This document shows positions 63,490 to 64,000 of a DNA stretch of 64,000 nt, piece by piece. A program made the translations under genes and the position numbers. The notes under the pieces are model-generated. The model made no database searches. It was given only the letters and a program-made list of their open reading frames with translations, and was not told the origin of the DNA. The stretch is from Lophium mytilinum (Eukaryota): contig MU004190.1 of NCBI GenBank assembly GCA_010093605.1, positions 682,001 through 746,000 of the forward strand, in the 5' to 3' direction. Position 1 is the stretch's first letter. Every line of letters begins with the position of its first letter.

Positions 63490-64000
63490 ATGGTGCTTCC
63501 CATCCTGGGCGCGCGCTCAGCACCATGGATGTCCAATTTCGTCGCCGTGTCCGTCATTGGAGTAGTGCTGTTCGTGACCGTCCTCGGTTTCTGGGCCTTC
63601 CAGCCGCCAATGCCCAGGCCCGGCTACCACGGCGGTACTACCGTTGAAGTGTGCGTATTGTCGTTACAGATTCTGCTTTCCTCTCATCTAAGTCAAAATA
63701 GCACAATTCCCGTCGAACCGTCTGGACCTGTTTCCATACAGGAAGTCCTCCGACTCCTCTATGCGCCTCTCAAGATGAAGCCTACCACTCCTTCTTTTAC
63801 GGACGACCTCGGACGGTCTTATAAGCTCCCCGCGAACCCTCTGTTCCCTAATCCCCTTGGAAAAGACCTGCTGGTGGTGGACTTGGAGACTCGGCCGCTG
63901 GACAAGAATGGTCAGCTTATGCACAAGGGGGCGTTCAAGTGGGGCGATCTAGACTATCTGTCTGGTGGAGTCATGAACCACTATACCTACGGTACACTTT
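63490..64000 (+). CDS. Type II membrane glycosyltransferase, GT34 (Mnn10/Gma12)-like, 3'-partial
   Basis: N-terminal TM (VSVIGVVLFVTVLGFWAF); second exon PLGKDLLVVDLETRPL...GGVMNHYTY; not in the ORF track because of an intron and the window edge. Confidence 0.65.
   Translation, partial: MVLPILGARSAPWMSNFVAVSVIGVVLFVTVLGFWAFQPPMPRPGYHGGTTVEVCVLSLQILLSSHLSQNSTIPVEPSGPVSIQEVLRLLYAPLKMKPTTPSFTDDLGRSYKLPANPLFPNPLGKDLLVVDLETRPLDKNGQLMHKGAFKWGDLDYLSGGVMNHYTYGTL

Overview
Intron-containing DNA from a filamentous ascomycete (Pezizomycotina; GT..AG introns with CTAAC/CTGAC branch sites, Zn2Cys6 regulators). 1-15.5 kb is a compact, probably peroxisome-linked catabolic cluster: acyl-CoA ligase (-AKL), two divergent Zn2Cys6 TFs, three SDRs (one with a PTS2), a BVMO-type monooxygenase and an acyl-CoA dehydrogenase (-AKL). 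15.7-29 kb is an accessory-looking block with a MITE-like element, three F-box-like orphans, a HET-domain relic, a third Zn2Cys6 TF, a CBM18 membrane protein and a 2.4-kb non-coding repeat array. The rest is mostly ordinary genes: MAM3/CNNM, a pantothenate-type MFS, a small Cys-rich secreted protein, PAQR, an amino-acid permease, SDR, alpha/beta hydrolase, MDR, FMN1, acuK/ERT1, a DHA1 MFS and a partial GT34. The most unusual signal is a dispersed ~96-bp element whose inverted arms (CCGTCTGAGGT...ACCTCAGACRG) are exactly 64 nt apart in 10 of 12 copies although the spacer sequence diverges. It forms tandem arrays and also brackets a two-gene cassette in inverted orientation. A Pol III tRNA-like gene has intact ends but a non-canonical anticodon domain. 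All gene models were built by hand, so exon boundaries are approximate unless stated.
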